From the NCBI GenBank assembly GCA_038316435.1, contig JBBQAQ010000002.1, forward strand, positions 22,808 to 86,807: a DNA stretch of 64,000 bases. Direction: 5' to 3'. A program made the translations under genes and the position numbers. The notes below the pieces were generated by a model that was not told where the DNA came from, made no database searches, and saw only the letters and a program-made list of their open reading frames with translations. This document shows positions 9,856 to 17,948 of the stretch, one piece after another. The number at the start of each line of letters is the position of its first letter. Within the stretch, counting starts at the first letter, position 1. The stretch is from Bacteroidales bacterium. GTDB taxonomy: Bacteria; Bacteroidota; Bacteroidia; Bacteroidales; GCA-2748055.

Positions 9856-10581
9856 ATGATGAAGTCATTCTTGATTTACCTGATTCTTCCTTTCCTTTAT
9901 GTAAGTGTGATCGCGCAGGATGTTGTATTGGATAAGAATGTTGACGAGCAGTACACCGATAAGCGTGGTCCTAATATGCGGCAATACGGACATATTTATG
10001 AGGGAATTGGAACCTTTATACCATATAATAATATCTCAGGTGCCAAGGCAGAATTAGGGCGTTCAATGGAGTTTACTTTTGGGTACCGATATAAATTAAA
10101 ACTGCTTTCGTTTTATGCTATTGGATTCGATCTGAGTAATCGCTGGCAGAGGTACGGCATCGAATCTGAGGATGGTGTAGCAGTAGACGTTGCATTAAAC
10201 CCTCTATCACAGGCTAGTCAGGTTAAAAGATTGAGCCTTGGAGTATCATCACTGGGTGCGGAAGCATATAACAGGATAAATATTGGTAAGCGGGGTAATG
10301 TATTAGGTAACTACCTCGATATTGGGATAAAAGGGGAGTGGAACTACACTAGGAAATTGTACATTAAGGAGGAAGCAGCAAGCGGGAGTTATTATGAAAC
10401 AAGCAGAACGATTCAGAAGAATCTCAATTTCATTGAAAAATTTTCAACGCTGATCACAGCCCGGATTGGAATAAATAAATTTAGTATTTATGGCAATTAC
10501 CGCTTTTCTGATCTGATTGCTTCCGGTTATTCCACACCTGAATTACCTCCACTTACTGCCGGAGTTCAGCTTGCATTTTAG
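9856..10581 (+). CDS. Small outer-membrane beta-barrel-like protein, family not recognised
   Basis: The listed start at 9823 is TTG. The ATG at 9856 gives signal peptide MMKSFLIYLILPFLYVSVIAQ. Alternating hydrophobic pattern; ends ...GVQLAF. Confidence 0.6.
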   Translation: MMKSFLIYLILPFLYVSVIAQDVVLDKNVDEQYTDKRGPNMRQYGHIYEGIGTFIPYNNISGAKAELGRSMEFTFGYRYKLKLLSFYAIGFDLSNRWQRYGIESEDGVAVDVALNPLSQASQVKRLSLGVSSLGAEAYNRINIGKRGNVLGNYLDIGIKGEWNYTRKLYIKEEAASGSYYETSRTIQKNLNFIEKFSTLITARIGINKFSIYGNYRFSDLIASGYSTPELPPLTAGVQLAF

Positions 10582-10615
10582 GAAACGTAAAGAAACCAGT
10601 TCGAAGAGTGGTCGC

Positions 10616-11332
10616 TTATCTTGAAGAACAAAGATCTGCTATAATATCAGGATTTTCTTCAACAGCTGAACCTATAACTATTAGGTCTGCACCGGATGCA
10701 AAGATTTTTTCCGCATCTAAAGCGGTGCGAATTCCTCCACCTACAAGAATTGGTAAAGCTGTATTTTTCCTTACATCCTCGATAATTTTTAAAGCAACGC
10801 TCTTAGCCGCACCGCTGCCGGCTTCAAGATAAATCAACTTCATTCCAAGCATTTCGCCAGCCAGGGCAGTTGCAACAACTATTTCAGGTTTGTCTGCAGG
10901 TATTGGTAAGGTATTACTTATATACTCAACGGAAGTAGTTTTCCCGTTTTCAATAAGGATATAGGCTGTGGGAATTACCTCAATTCCTGATTTTTTCAGA
11001 CTTAAGGCGGATATAACATGTTGTCCGATAAGATACTCCGGGTTTCTTCCAGATATTAATGAAAGAAACAATATGCCATCTGCTTTGTCTGAAATCTGAA
11101 TTACATTTCCGGGGAATATCAGCACCGGAATCTGTGTTCTTTGCTTAATAGAAGATATTGTTTCACCTATATTCCCAACCACCAGACTACCTCCCACGAA
11201 AATAAAATCAACACCGCTTTCATTACAGTTTTGTATAATTCGCGCAAGGGAATCCGAAGTATTTCTATCGGGATCGATAAGAATAGCAATACTCTTCTTC
11301 TTTCTCTCTGATATTCTGTTATATAGTGTCAT
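10616..11332 (-). CDS. Geranylgeranylglyceryl/heptaprenylglyceryl phosphate synthase family protein (GGGPS/PcrB)
   Basis: Full-length TIM-barrel prenyltransferase pattern: ILIDPD, FVGGS, IFPG, SLISGRNPEYLIG, IYLEAGSGA, LVGGGIRT, GADLIVIGS. The start overlaps the stop of the upstream gene (TAATG). Confidence 0.9.
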   Translation of the reverse strand: MTLYNRISERKKKSIAILIDPDRNTSDSLARIIQNCNESGVDFIFVGGSLVVGNIGETISSIKQRTQIPVLIFPGNVIQISDKADGILFLSLISGRNPEYLIGQHVISALSLKKSGIEVIPTAYILIENGKTTSVEYISNTLPIPADKPEIVVATALAGEMLGMKLIYLEAGSGAAKSVALKIIEDVRKNTALPILVGGGIRTALDAEKIFASGADLIVIGSAVEENPDIIADLCSSR

Positions 11333-12003
11333 TATTTGCAGGTCCAGGCGATTGCATATCCATCCATATTCTCATATTGTATCCTGAAATCTTCAATTCC
11401 GTGAATATTCAGAACTCTGCCTTTAATTGATCCGTCTTCTTTAGGTTCGAAAGGGAATATTGATAGGTTTTCTTTAAAGTTAATATCCTGTTTATCACAT
11501 ATTTTATACATGGCTTCCTTTGCACACCAGTGAATGTAAAGATGGTATCTTTTCATTTCCGGATCTAATGTTATAAGCTCCTGATGATTAATAAATTTGG
11601 AGCTTATAGTACTGATTTTGTGAGACATATATTCAAGATCGATACCAACTCTTTTTGCCTTACTCATCAATATCGATGTCAGATCATGTGAATGCGAAAT
11701 ACTGATATGAAATGTATTTCCCTTAAGAAATGGTTTTCGGAATTCATTGTAAATTATTCTTGAGTCTTTACCCGTCATTTCATTAATCAGAGCTCTTACA
11801 CTTAACCATTCAATTTTGCGACTTTCATTTTTAAAACCATCCAAGGTTTCAATCTCATCGGGATCCAGATTAAGTCTTGAAAAAAGGGAGTCAAAATCTT
11901 CCTTAATTTCCCAGATTCCCAGAAGGCAATCATGAATTTCCTTTTTTACAATTACACCCATTTTCTGATTTTTATTAAAAAAGCGGGGAGCAAATTTACA
12001 CAT
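11332..12003 (-). CDS. Sfp-type 4'-phosphopantetheinyl transferase
   Basis: FHISISHSHD, GIDLEY and WCAKEAMYK motifs. An alternative start at 11961 (MGVIVKK) is possible. The ATG directly abuts the gldD stop. Confidence 0.85.
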   Translation of the reverse strand: MCKFAPRFFNKNQKMGVIVKKEIHDCLLGIWEIKEDFDSLFSRLNLDPDEIETLDGFKNESRKIEWLSVRALINEMTGKDSRIIYNEFRKPFLKGNTFHISISHSHDLTSILMSKAKRVGIDLEYMSHKISTISSKFINHQELITLDPEMKRYHLYIHWCAKEAMYKICDKQDINFKENLSIFPFEPKEDGSIKGRVLNIHGIEDFRIQYENMDGYAIAWTCK

Positions 12004-12600
12004 TTATTTGTTAACAGATTTCCATTCCAAAGTTTTGATGAAATGCTCAATGTCCTGGCGGACAAATTGAATAACAGGGGCAAGGGAATCCTGATTTGGC
12101 TGGGTATTAAAATATAGTGACCCTCTTAAAAAATTTGTACTGCTGTCAGTTACAAAAAATTGTATTGAGGATGCTGCGTTTCCTTTGATATCATAAAATA
12201 TGCCATAAACTTTCTTCTCAGGAATGTTTATAAGAGTTTCATCGATAGATTCTGCTTTAATAGTGTGCTTGTACACAAGATCACGACTTTCATCGGCATG
12301 AACTCCAGGATTCCCATTAATTTTTATATGGGATAGATAAATCCTGCCGGCAAATTGAGGGAATTCAATATTCAGCCATTCGGGCCGCTTTAGGTTTGAA
12401 TCTCCGGTTATCTTGGCATAAACAGGATACTCAAAGGAATATCCCCTGGAACATTCATAAAACTGATACTTTTTAACAGGAAAATCGATTCTTACATAGT
12501 CTTTTTGCTTCGGAGTATATTCCTCTTTGCAGGAAATTACTGAAAGAATCAAAAGAATTATTGAAAGCGCAGACTTAATGGTTTTAAGTGTAAGTCTCAT
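12004..12600 (-). CDS. gldD: Gliding motility lipoprotein GldD
   Basis: About 198-aa lipoprotein (lipobox LSVISC) immediately downstream of a gldE-type gene, the arrangement described for Flavobacterium johnsoniae. Size and synteny only; not searched. Confidence 0.7.
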   Translation of the reverse strand: MRLTLKTIKSALSIILLILSVISCKEEYTPKQKDYVRIDFPVKKYQFYECSRGYSFEYPVYAKITGDSNLKRPEWLNIEFPQFAGRIYLSHIKINGNPGVHADESRDLVYKHTIKAESIDETLINIPEKKVYGIFYDIKGNAASSIQFFVTDSSTNFLRGSLYFNTQPNQDSLAPVIQFVRQDIEHFIKTLEWKSVNK

Positions 12601-12608
12601 AGGTTTAA

Positions 12609-13943
12609 TTACTTGGTTTTTAGATTTTTATCCAAAGTGAATTTAACTTTTTTGATCCTTCGATTATCTACTGAAAGTATTGTAAAACTGTAATTCTTCA
12701 AAAGGATTATTTCGTTAGCAGGGGGTATTTCCCCTTTTACTTCAAGGATTAAACCTGCGAGAGTATCGGCCTCTCCTCTGATAGAATCAAAAAGTTCCTC
12801 AGGGAGCTGAACTATTTTAAAAAAGTCGTTTAGAAGGATTTTCCCGTCGAATATATAATTGGAGTCGTCTAACTTAGAAAAGTAGGATTCAATCTCATCA
12901 GATTCGTCTGTGATTTCCCCAACAATTTCTTCCAGAACGTCTTCCAATGTTACTATTCCCTCTGTTCCACCATATTCGTCAACAACAATTGCCATGTGGA
13001 TTTTTTTGTTTAGAAATTCCTGCAGAAGATCTTTAATTTTTTTTGTTTCAGGGATAAAATAGCTTGGGCGAATCAGCTTCTGCCAGTTGAAATCATTGGT
13101 TTCACTCAGAAACGGTAGGAGATCCTTAACATACAATATTCCTTTTATATTATCGAATGTTTCTGTAAAAACAGGGATCCTGCTGTATCCTGATTCATTA
13201 ATGATTTCGATAAGTTTCTTAAAATCGGTATCTGAATCAACAGAAACCACGTCAATACGAGGCATCATAATTTCACTCACCTCTATATTTCCAAAATTTA
13301 CAATACCTAACAGAATTTTCCGGTCTTCAGTTTCTGTACCATCAGTATTCTCAAGCACATGGGAAAGTTCATCGATCGATAAATTGTTGCTGTTAGGAAG
13401 GAAATGATGATTAAAGAGAGTGTTAAAACGCAGGAAAGCATAAACCAGAGGAGAGAAAATATTTTGAGCAATTGTAACGTGAAATACAGTGCTCATGCAT
13501 ACGTTTAATGCTCTGTTTCTGACGAATAGCTTTGGAAGTATAACTGAAAAAATCAAAATTATTACTGAAATAGTTAGAATCTGTAAGAGTATTCCTGAAA
13601 AATTATGAAGACTAAAAATAGGGTATTGGTTTAAAAGCACAGCCGCAAGGCTTATCACCAGTAAGTTAAAGAATAATCTGCTTACAATATGAGTTGCGAT
13701 TAACTTTTCAGGATTTACCATGAGACGAAGTACAAGATCAGAACGTTTTTTGTTCATTCCTTCCAGACTTTTCTTTTGCTCAGGGGATATTAAAAAATAG
13801 GCACTTTCGGAACCCGAAAACAATGCTGATATTATCAGAAATAAGATGAAAAGGCAAAAAACCACAATTTGCCAGTATGAATGCTGACTTTGGTCAGCAA
13901 CAGTTGCTAATGCCAGTAAAACCTGATGTGATTCCGATTCCAA
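12609..13943 (-). CDS. gldE: Gliding motility-associated protein GldE (DUF21-CBS-CorC/HlyC family)
   Basis: N-terminal multi-TM DUF21, tandem CBS region ([10 protein letters not shown]...GYSRIPVF...) and a C-terminal CorC_HlyC-like domain. The ssb-gldE-gldD order matches known Flavobacterium synteny. Confidence 0.85.
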   Translation of the reverse strand: MESESHQVLLALATVADQSQHSYWQIVVFCLFILFLIISALFSGSESAYFLISPEQKKSLEGMNKKRSDLVLRLMVNPEKLIATHIVSRLFFNLLVISLAAVLLNQYPIFSLHNFSGILLQILTISVIILIFSVILPKLFVRNRALNVCMSTVFHVTIAQNIFSPLVYAFLRFNTLFNHHFLPNSNNLSIDELSHVLENTDGTETEDRKILLGIVNFGNIEVSEIMMPRIDVVSVDSDTDFKKLIEIINESGYSRIPVFTETFDNIKGILYVKDLLPFLSETNDFNWQKLIRPSYFIPETKKIKDLLQEFLNKKIHMAIVVDEYGGTEGIVTLEDVLEEIVGEITDESDEIESYFSKLDDSNYIFDGKILLNDFFKIVQLPEELFDSIRGEADTLAGLILEVKGEIPPANEIILLKNYSFTILSVDNRRIKKVKFTLDKNLKTK

Positions 13944-13968
13944 AATTTATGATCGTTTAACTGAATTA

Positions 13969-14433
13969 TTAAAAAGGAAGGTCATCAATATCGTTTTGCG
14001 ACTTTGTAAGGTCACCCATAGATTCGGGCATACTACCTGCACCCTGATTGGTGTCTGGCGCTGAAGGCTCTGATCTGCCTGTTGGCCCCTGAGAGTCGCC
14101 TTCTGTCTTTTTGCCAAGCATCTTCATTACATCTCCAATGATCTCGGTAACATATTTTGTGTTATTATCCTGATCGTTATAACTTCTTGTCCTGATTCGA
14201 CCTTCTATATATAGCTGCGAACCTTTTTTAACATATTTTTCGGCAATTTCAGCCAGACCTTTCCAGAGGACAATATTATGCCATTCAGTATTGGTGATCT
14301 TTTCACCTTCTTTGTTTTTATATATTTCACTGGTAGCAAGTGAAAATTTCGAAACAGTATTTCCACCTTCCAGATGTCTTGTTTCCGGGTCTTTTCCAAC
14401 GTTACCAACTAATATTACTTTATTTACTGACAT
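13969..14433 (-). CDS. ssb: Single-stranded DNA-binding protein
   Basis: OB-fold start MSVNKVILVGNVGKDPE, Gly/Pro-rich linker and acidic tail ending DDLPF. Confidence 0.95.
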   Translation of the reverse strand: MSVNKVILVGNVGKDPETRHLEGGNTVSKFSLATSEIYKNKEGEKITNTEWHNIVLWKGLAEIAEKYVKKGSQLYIEGRIRTRSYNDQDNNTKYVTEIIGDVMKMLGKKTEGDSQGPTGRSEPSAPDTNQGAGSMPESMGDLTKSQNDIDDLPF

Positions 14434-14499
14434 ATATTGTATTTTTTGTTTTAGCCAATAAAGATATGAATAAAATATGTTTTGAGCAATTGTGACGCA

Positions 14500-15555
14500 C
14501 TATAAGAGACCTGTTAGACTGATATACCGGTCTATTAGCTTAGGTACCGGATACGCTTCAAATTCATTGATGTTTACTAATTTTCCAGGTAGGAGAGGAG
14601 TGTTAATATCCCCTGAAATTCTAATATGACAAAAGCGTGCATTGATATTTCGGTGACTTAATTTATGAATAATATTACCGGAAACTTTTTCAATCTTAAA
14701 AGCGCCAGAATCCAAATTCAGGAAATCACACAGCAAGTCTGAACATTCTTCTACAGATTTCATTTCAGAGGTTTCTATTAACGGGAACTCATACAAACCT
14801 TCCCAGATATCACCGGAAACCCTTTGCTGCAGACATAGAAAATCCCGCTTTCGAATTATCAGGTATGTAAAAAAGCGGTCAATAGCTTTTGATTTTTTAT
14901 ATTTTAGAGGGAGTTCAGTTACTATATTATCTTTTAATGCCAGACAATTTATATTCAAAGGGCAAGCGATGCAAGTCGGTTTACGTGGAAGACAGATGCG
15001 CGCGCCAAGTTCCATCATTGCCTGATTATGAAGACCAGGATTGGCTTTATCGAGGATTTCTTCAGAAAGCTGATTGAGTGCTTTTTTTCCTGAACCTGAA
15101 TTAATTTCGTCTTTAACTGAGAATAATCTCGAAATTACGCGTTTCACATTTCCATCCACCGCTGCTTTTGGCTCATTAAATGCAATGGAAGAAATTGCTG
15201 CAGCGGTATATTCACCGATTCCTTTAAGTTTCAAAAGCTCGGAATAGGTTTGCGGAAATATCCCATTTAACTTAAAAGCGATAGTTTTAGCTGTTTCATG
15301 AAGGTTTCTTGCCCTTGAATAGTACCCAAGACCTTGCCAGATTTTAAGAACTTCATCTGTTTGAGCTTCTGCAAGAGAAAAAACATCAGGAAATTTCTCT
15401 ATAAATCGAATGTAATAAGCTGTGCCCTGAGCTACTTTTGTCTGTTGTAGAATTATCTCTGAAAGCCATATCCTGTATGGATCATTAGAGTTTCTCCACG
15501 GCAAATCACGCTTCTCTTTATTGTACCAGATATTGAGTTTTTCATGAATTTGCAT
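14500..15555 (-). CDS. mutY: A/G-specific adenine DNA glycosylase MutY
   Basis: HhH-GPD (LKGIGEYTAAAI), 4Fe-4S cluster loop C-x6-C-x2-C-x5-C (CLPRKPTCIACPLNINC) and a C-terminal NUDIX-like domain. Confidence 0.95.
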   Translation of the reverse strand: MQIHEKLNIWYNKEKRDLPWRNSNDPYRIWLSEIILQQTKVAQGTAYYIRFIEKFPDVFSLAEAQTDEVLKIWQGLGYYSRARNLHETAKTIAFKLNGIFPQTYSELLKLKGIGEYTAAAISSIAFNEPKAAVDGNVKRVISRLFSVKDEINSGSGKKALNQLSEEILDKANPGLHNQAMMELGARICLPRKPTCIACPLNINCLALKDNIVTELPLKYKKSKAIDRFFTYLIIRKRDFLCLQQRVSGDIWEGLYEFPLIETSEMKSVEECSDLLCDFLNLDSGAFKIEKVSGNIIHKLSHRNINARFCHIRISGDINTPLLPGKLVNINEFEAYPVPKLIDRYISLTGLL

Positions 15556-15631
15556 TGCGCAATGTAGGCTTAAAAAAAATATTCTGATTAAAAATATTAG
15601 AATAGTGTTTTATTTATAAATAGAAATAAGC

Positions 15632-15639
15632 TATATTTG
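15632..15639 (+). promoter_or_regulatory. TAnnTTTG -7 promoter motif upstream of the HU gene
   Basis: TATATTTG lies 54 nt before the ATG at 15693. Confidence 0.45.
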
Positions 15640-15692
15640 CAGTCCAAAACAAAAAGATAATTGTAATTCATTGATAATTAAAGCATTTAAAA

Positions 15693-15983
15693 ATGACCAA
15701 AGCAGATATCGTAAACGAGATTTCTAAAAACACCGGAATCGAAAAGGTAACTGTACAAAAGACAGTTGAAGCTTTTATGGAGACTGTAAAAGATTCTTTA
15801 GGTAAGAACAAAAATGTATACCTCAGAGGATTTGGAAGTTTCATCGTTAAGAAAAGGGCAAAGAAAACTGCCAGAAACATTTCCAGGAATACTACCATCA
15901 TTATTCCAGAACATTGGATTCCTTCTTTCAAACCAGCTAAGACTTTTGTTGGTAAAGTAAAAGTTAATGTAAAAACCAAGTAA
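15693..15983 (+). CDS. HU/IHF-family DNA-binding protein
   Basis: MTKADIVNEISKNTGI...VYLRGFGSFIVKKRAKKTARNI...IPEHWIPSFKPAK is the canonical HU fold pattern. 96 aa. Confidence 0.9.
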   Translation: MTKADIVNEISKNTGIEKVTVQKTVEAFMETVKDSLGKNKNVYLRGFGSFIVKKRAKKTARNISRNTTIIIPEHWIPSFKPAKTFVGKVKVNVKTK

Positions 15984-15994
15984 AGTATTAAGTC

Positions 15995-16084
15995 ATGCCG
16001 AGCGGAAAAAAAAGAAAAAGACATAAGATGGCGACCCACAAACGTAAAAAACGTTTGAGGAAGAACAGACATAAGAAGAAATAA
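15995..16084 (+). CDS. 29-codon highly basic ORF, bS22-like small ribosomal protein candidate (absent from the ORF track)
   Basis: Hand translation: MPSGKKRKRHKMATHKRKKRLRKNRHKKK, then TAA at 16082-16084. It lies 12 nt after the HU stop. It resembles the KKRRKRMSKKKHRKLL-type bS22 (AURKAIP1/COX24-like) peptides. Confidence 0.55.
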   Translation: MPSGKKRKRHKMATHKRKKRLRKNRHKKK

Positions 16085-16207
16085 GGCTTTTTTAAGCGAA
16101 AGAATTTCAGTTCATTAGACCTAAAGATCCTTATTTGGTTCTTTAGGTTTATCATGTTATAATGTAGCTTTCCTTAGGATTACCTCTAACAGATAATCTG
16201 AACCATT

Positions 16208-17764
16208 GTGAGCAACGAATTGGTAATTGACGCCTCTACCTCAGAAATCGCAATTGCCTTACTAGAGAATAAAAAGCTCCTGGAGCTTAATAAAGAAAAG
16301 ACAGACACCAAATTTACTGTTGGTGATATCTATCTGGGTAAGGTCAAGAAGATAATGCCGGGGTTGAATGCAGCGTTTGTAGATGTAGGATATGAGAAGG
16401 ATGCCTTTTTGCATTACCTTGATCTGGGTCCGCAGTTTAGTTCCTTAAACAAGTTTCTGAACATAGCGCTTACTCGAAAAGGGAAGATGATTCCTATTGC
16501 TAAGTTTAAGCGTGATCCGGACATTAATAAGGAAGGAAAAATCACCGAAATTCTTAAAGTAGGCCAGACGGTAATTGTACAAATTGCAAAAGAACCGATA
16601 TCCACAAAAGGCCCTAGGCTGGGATCAGAAATTTCCCTGGCTGGTAGGAATATTGTGCTTATGCCCTTCGCAGATAAAGTTTCTATATCCTCGAAAATCG
16701 AACCACAGGAGGAAAAAGATCGATTAAAGAATCTTCTCCATAGCATTAAACCCAAAAATTACGGGGTAATCGTCAGAACTGCAGCTGAAGGAAAAAAGGT
16801 TGCTGAACTCGATGGTGAATTGCGCGGACTTGTTGAACGTTGGGAAAATGCATTCGAAAATTTCAAGCCGGGTGTTCCCAGATTGCTGATCGGTGAAATT
16901 AACCGGACTTCGGCTATCCTAAGGGATATTCTTAATGGGAATTTTGAAAATATTGTTGTAAACGAGGAGAATATTTACCACGAAATACGCCAGTATATTC
17001 AGGAAATTGCACCCGAAAAGAGTAAAATTGTTAAACTGTATCAAAGCGCAGAGCCAATCTTCGATAAGTTTGGTATCGAGCGTCAGATAAAATCCCTCTT
17101 TGGTAAAACAGTTTCATTTAAAAGTGGTGCTTATCTGATCATTGAACACACCGAAGCTCTTCATGTTATTGATGTGAATAGCGGAAACCGAAGTAAATCA
17201 GATAGCGATCAGGAGAGTAATGCGCTCGATGTAAATCTGGCAGCAGCTGAAGAAATTGCCCGTCAATTGCGACTTCGTGATATGGGTGGTATTATTGTTA
17301 TCGATTTCATTGACATGCATTCAAATGAGCATAAACAGATGCTCTATGAAAAAATGAAGGAGTTAATGGGGAAAGACAGGGCGAAAAACCATATTCTGCC
17401 ATTAAGCAAATTCGGACTGATGCAGATAACCCGCCAAAGGGTTAGGCCGGAGATGCATATTGAAACTAATGAATCATGTCCTTCATGTCTTGGTACCGGC
17501 AAAGTGGAATCAACACTTCTTTATACCGATACCATAAAACTTCAACTTAAGCTTATCCAGGATAAATATCATCTGAAGCATATTACCCTGCTGACACACC
17601 CTTTTATTTCAGCATACCTGAATAAAGGCTTGTTCTCATCAATGCGAAAGGTCTGGAGTAAGGAACTTAATTGCAAAATTGTAGTGAAGCCGAGCTTATC
17701 AACCAACTTACTCGAGTTTAAAGTTTTTGATCAAAATGGTGATGAAGTTGATTTCAGTTTTTAA
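16208..17764 (+). CDS. rng: Rne/Rng-family ribonuclease (RNase G-like)
   Basis: S1 domain (GDIYLGKVKKIMPGLNAAFVDVG), catalytic core (HVIDVNSG, GGIIVIDFIDM) and a zinc-link-like CPSCLGTG. GTG start. Confidence 0.9.
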   Translation: MSNELVIDASTSEIAIALLENKKLLELNKEKTDTKFTVGDIYLGKVKKIMPGLNAAFVDVGYEKDAFLHYLDLGPQFSSLNKFLNIALTRKGKMIPIAKFKRDPDINKEGKITEILKVGQTVIVQIAKEPISTKGPRLGSEISLAGRNIVLMPFADKVSISSKIEPQEEKDRLKNLLHSIKPKNYGVIVRTAAEGKKVAELDGELRGLVERWENAFENFKPGVPRLLIGEINRTSAILRDILNGNFENIVVNEENIYHEIRQYIQEIAPEKSKIVKLYQSAEPIFDKFGIERQIKSLFGKTVSFKSGAYLIIEHTEALHVIDVNSGNRSKSDSDQESNALDVNLAAAEEIARQLRLRDMGGIIVIDFIDMHSNEHKQMLYEKMKELMGKDRAKNHILPLSKFGLMQITRQRVRPEMHIETNESCPSCLGTGKVESTLLYTDTIKLQLKLIQDKYHLKHITLLTHPFISAYLNKGLFSSMRKVWSKELNCKIVVKPSLSTNLLEFKVFDQNGDEVDFSF

Positions 17765-17799
17765 ATTCAGTTGTCTTAAGCATTCACTGTAAAGTAATA

Positions 17800-17838
17800 A
17801 TTGCCATAGATTTATAAAGTCTGTGGCAATTTTATTTC
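17800..17838 (+). terminator. Rho-independent terminator candidate after rng
   Basis: An 11-bp stem ATTGCCATAGA / TCTGTGGCAAT (one G-U pair) with a 9-nt loop, followed by TTTTATTT. Confidence 0.5.
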
Positions 17839-17900
17839 CTCCCCCAGACATTACTTGATTCGTTAAATTTCATATCCAAGTATGTGAATACTTTATTTTC

Positions 17901-17908
17901 TATCTTTG
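17901..17908 (+). promoter_or_regulatory. TAnnTTTG -7 promoter motif upstream of the DsbD-family gene
   Basis: TATCTTTG lies 41 nt before the ATG at 17949. Confidence 0.45.
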
Positions 17909-17948
17909 CGTTTCAAGATAATTAAGTATCCATTTCAAATCTTCAACA

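Noticed and set aside
10608-10832. 74-aa plus-strand ORF.
   Set aside because: It lies entirely antisense to the strongly supported GGGPS/PcrB gene.
15668-16072. 134-aa minus-strand ORF.
   Set aside because: It is an antisense shadow of the well-supported HU gene and the bS22-like ORF. It has a hydrophobic low-complexity translation and no signal of its own.
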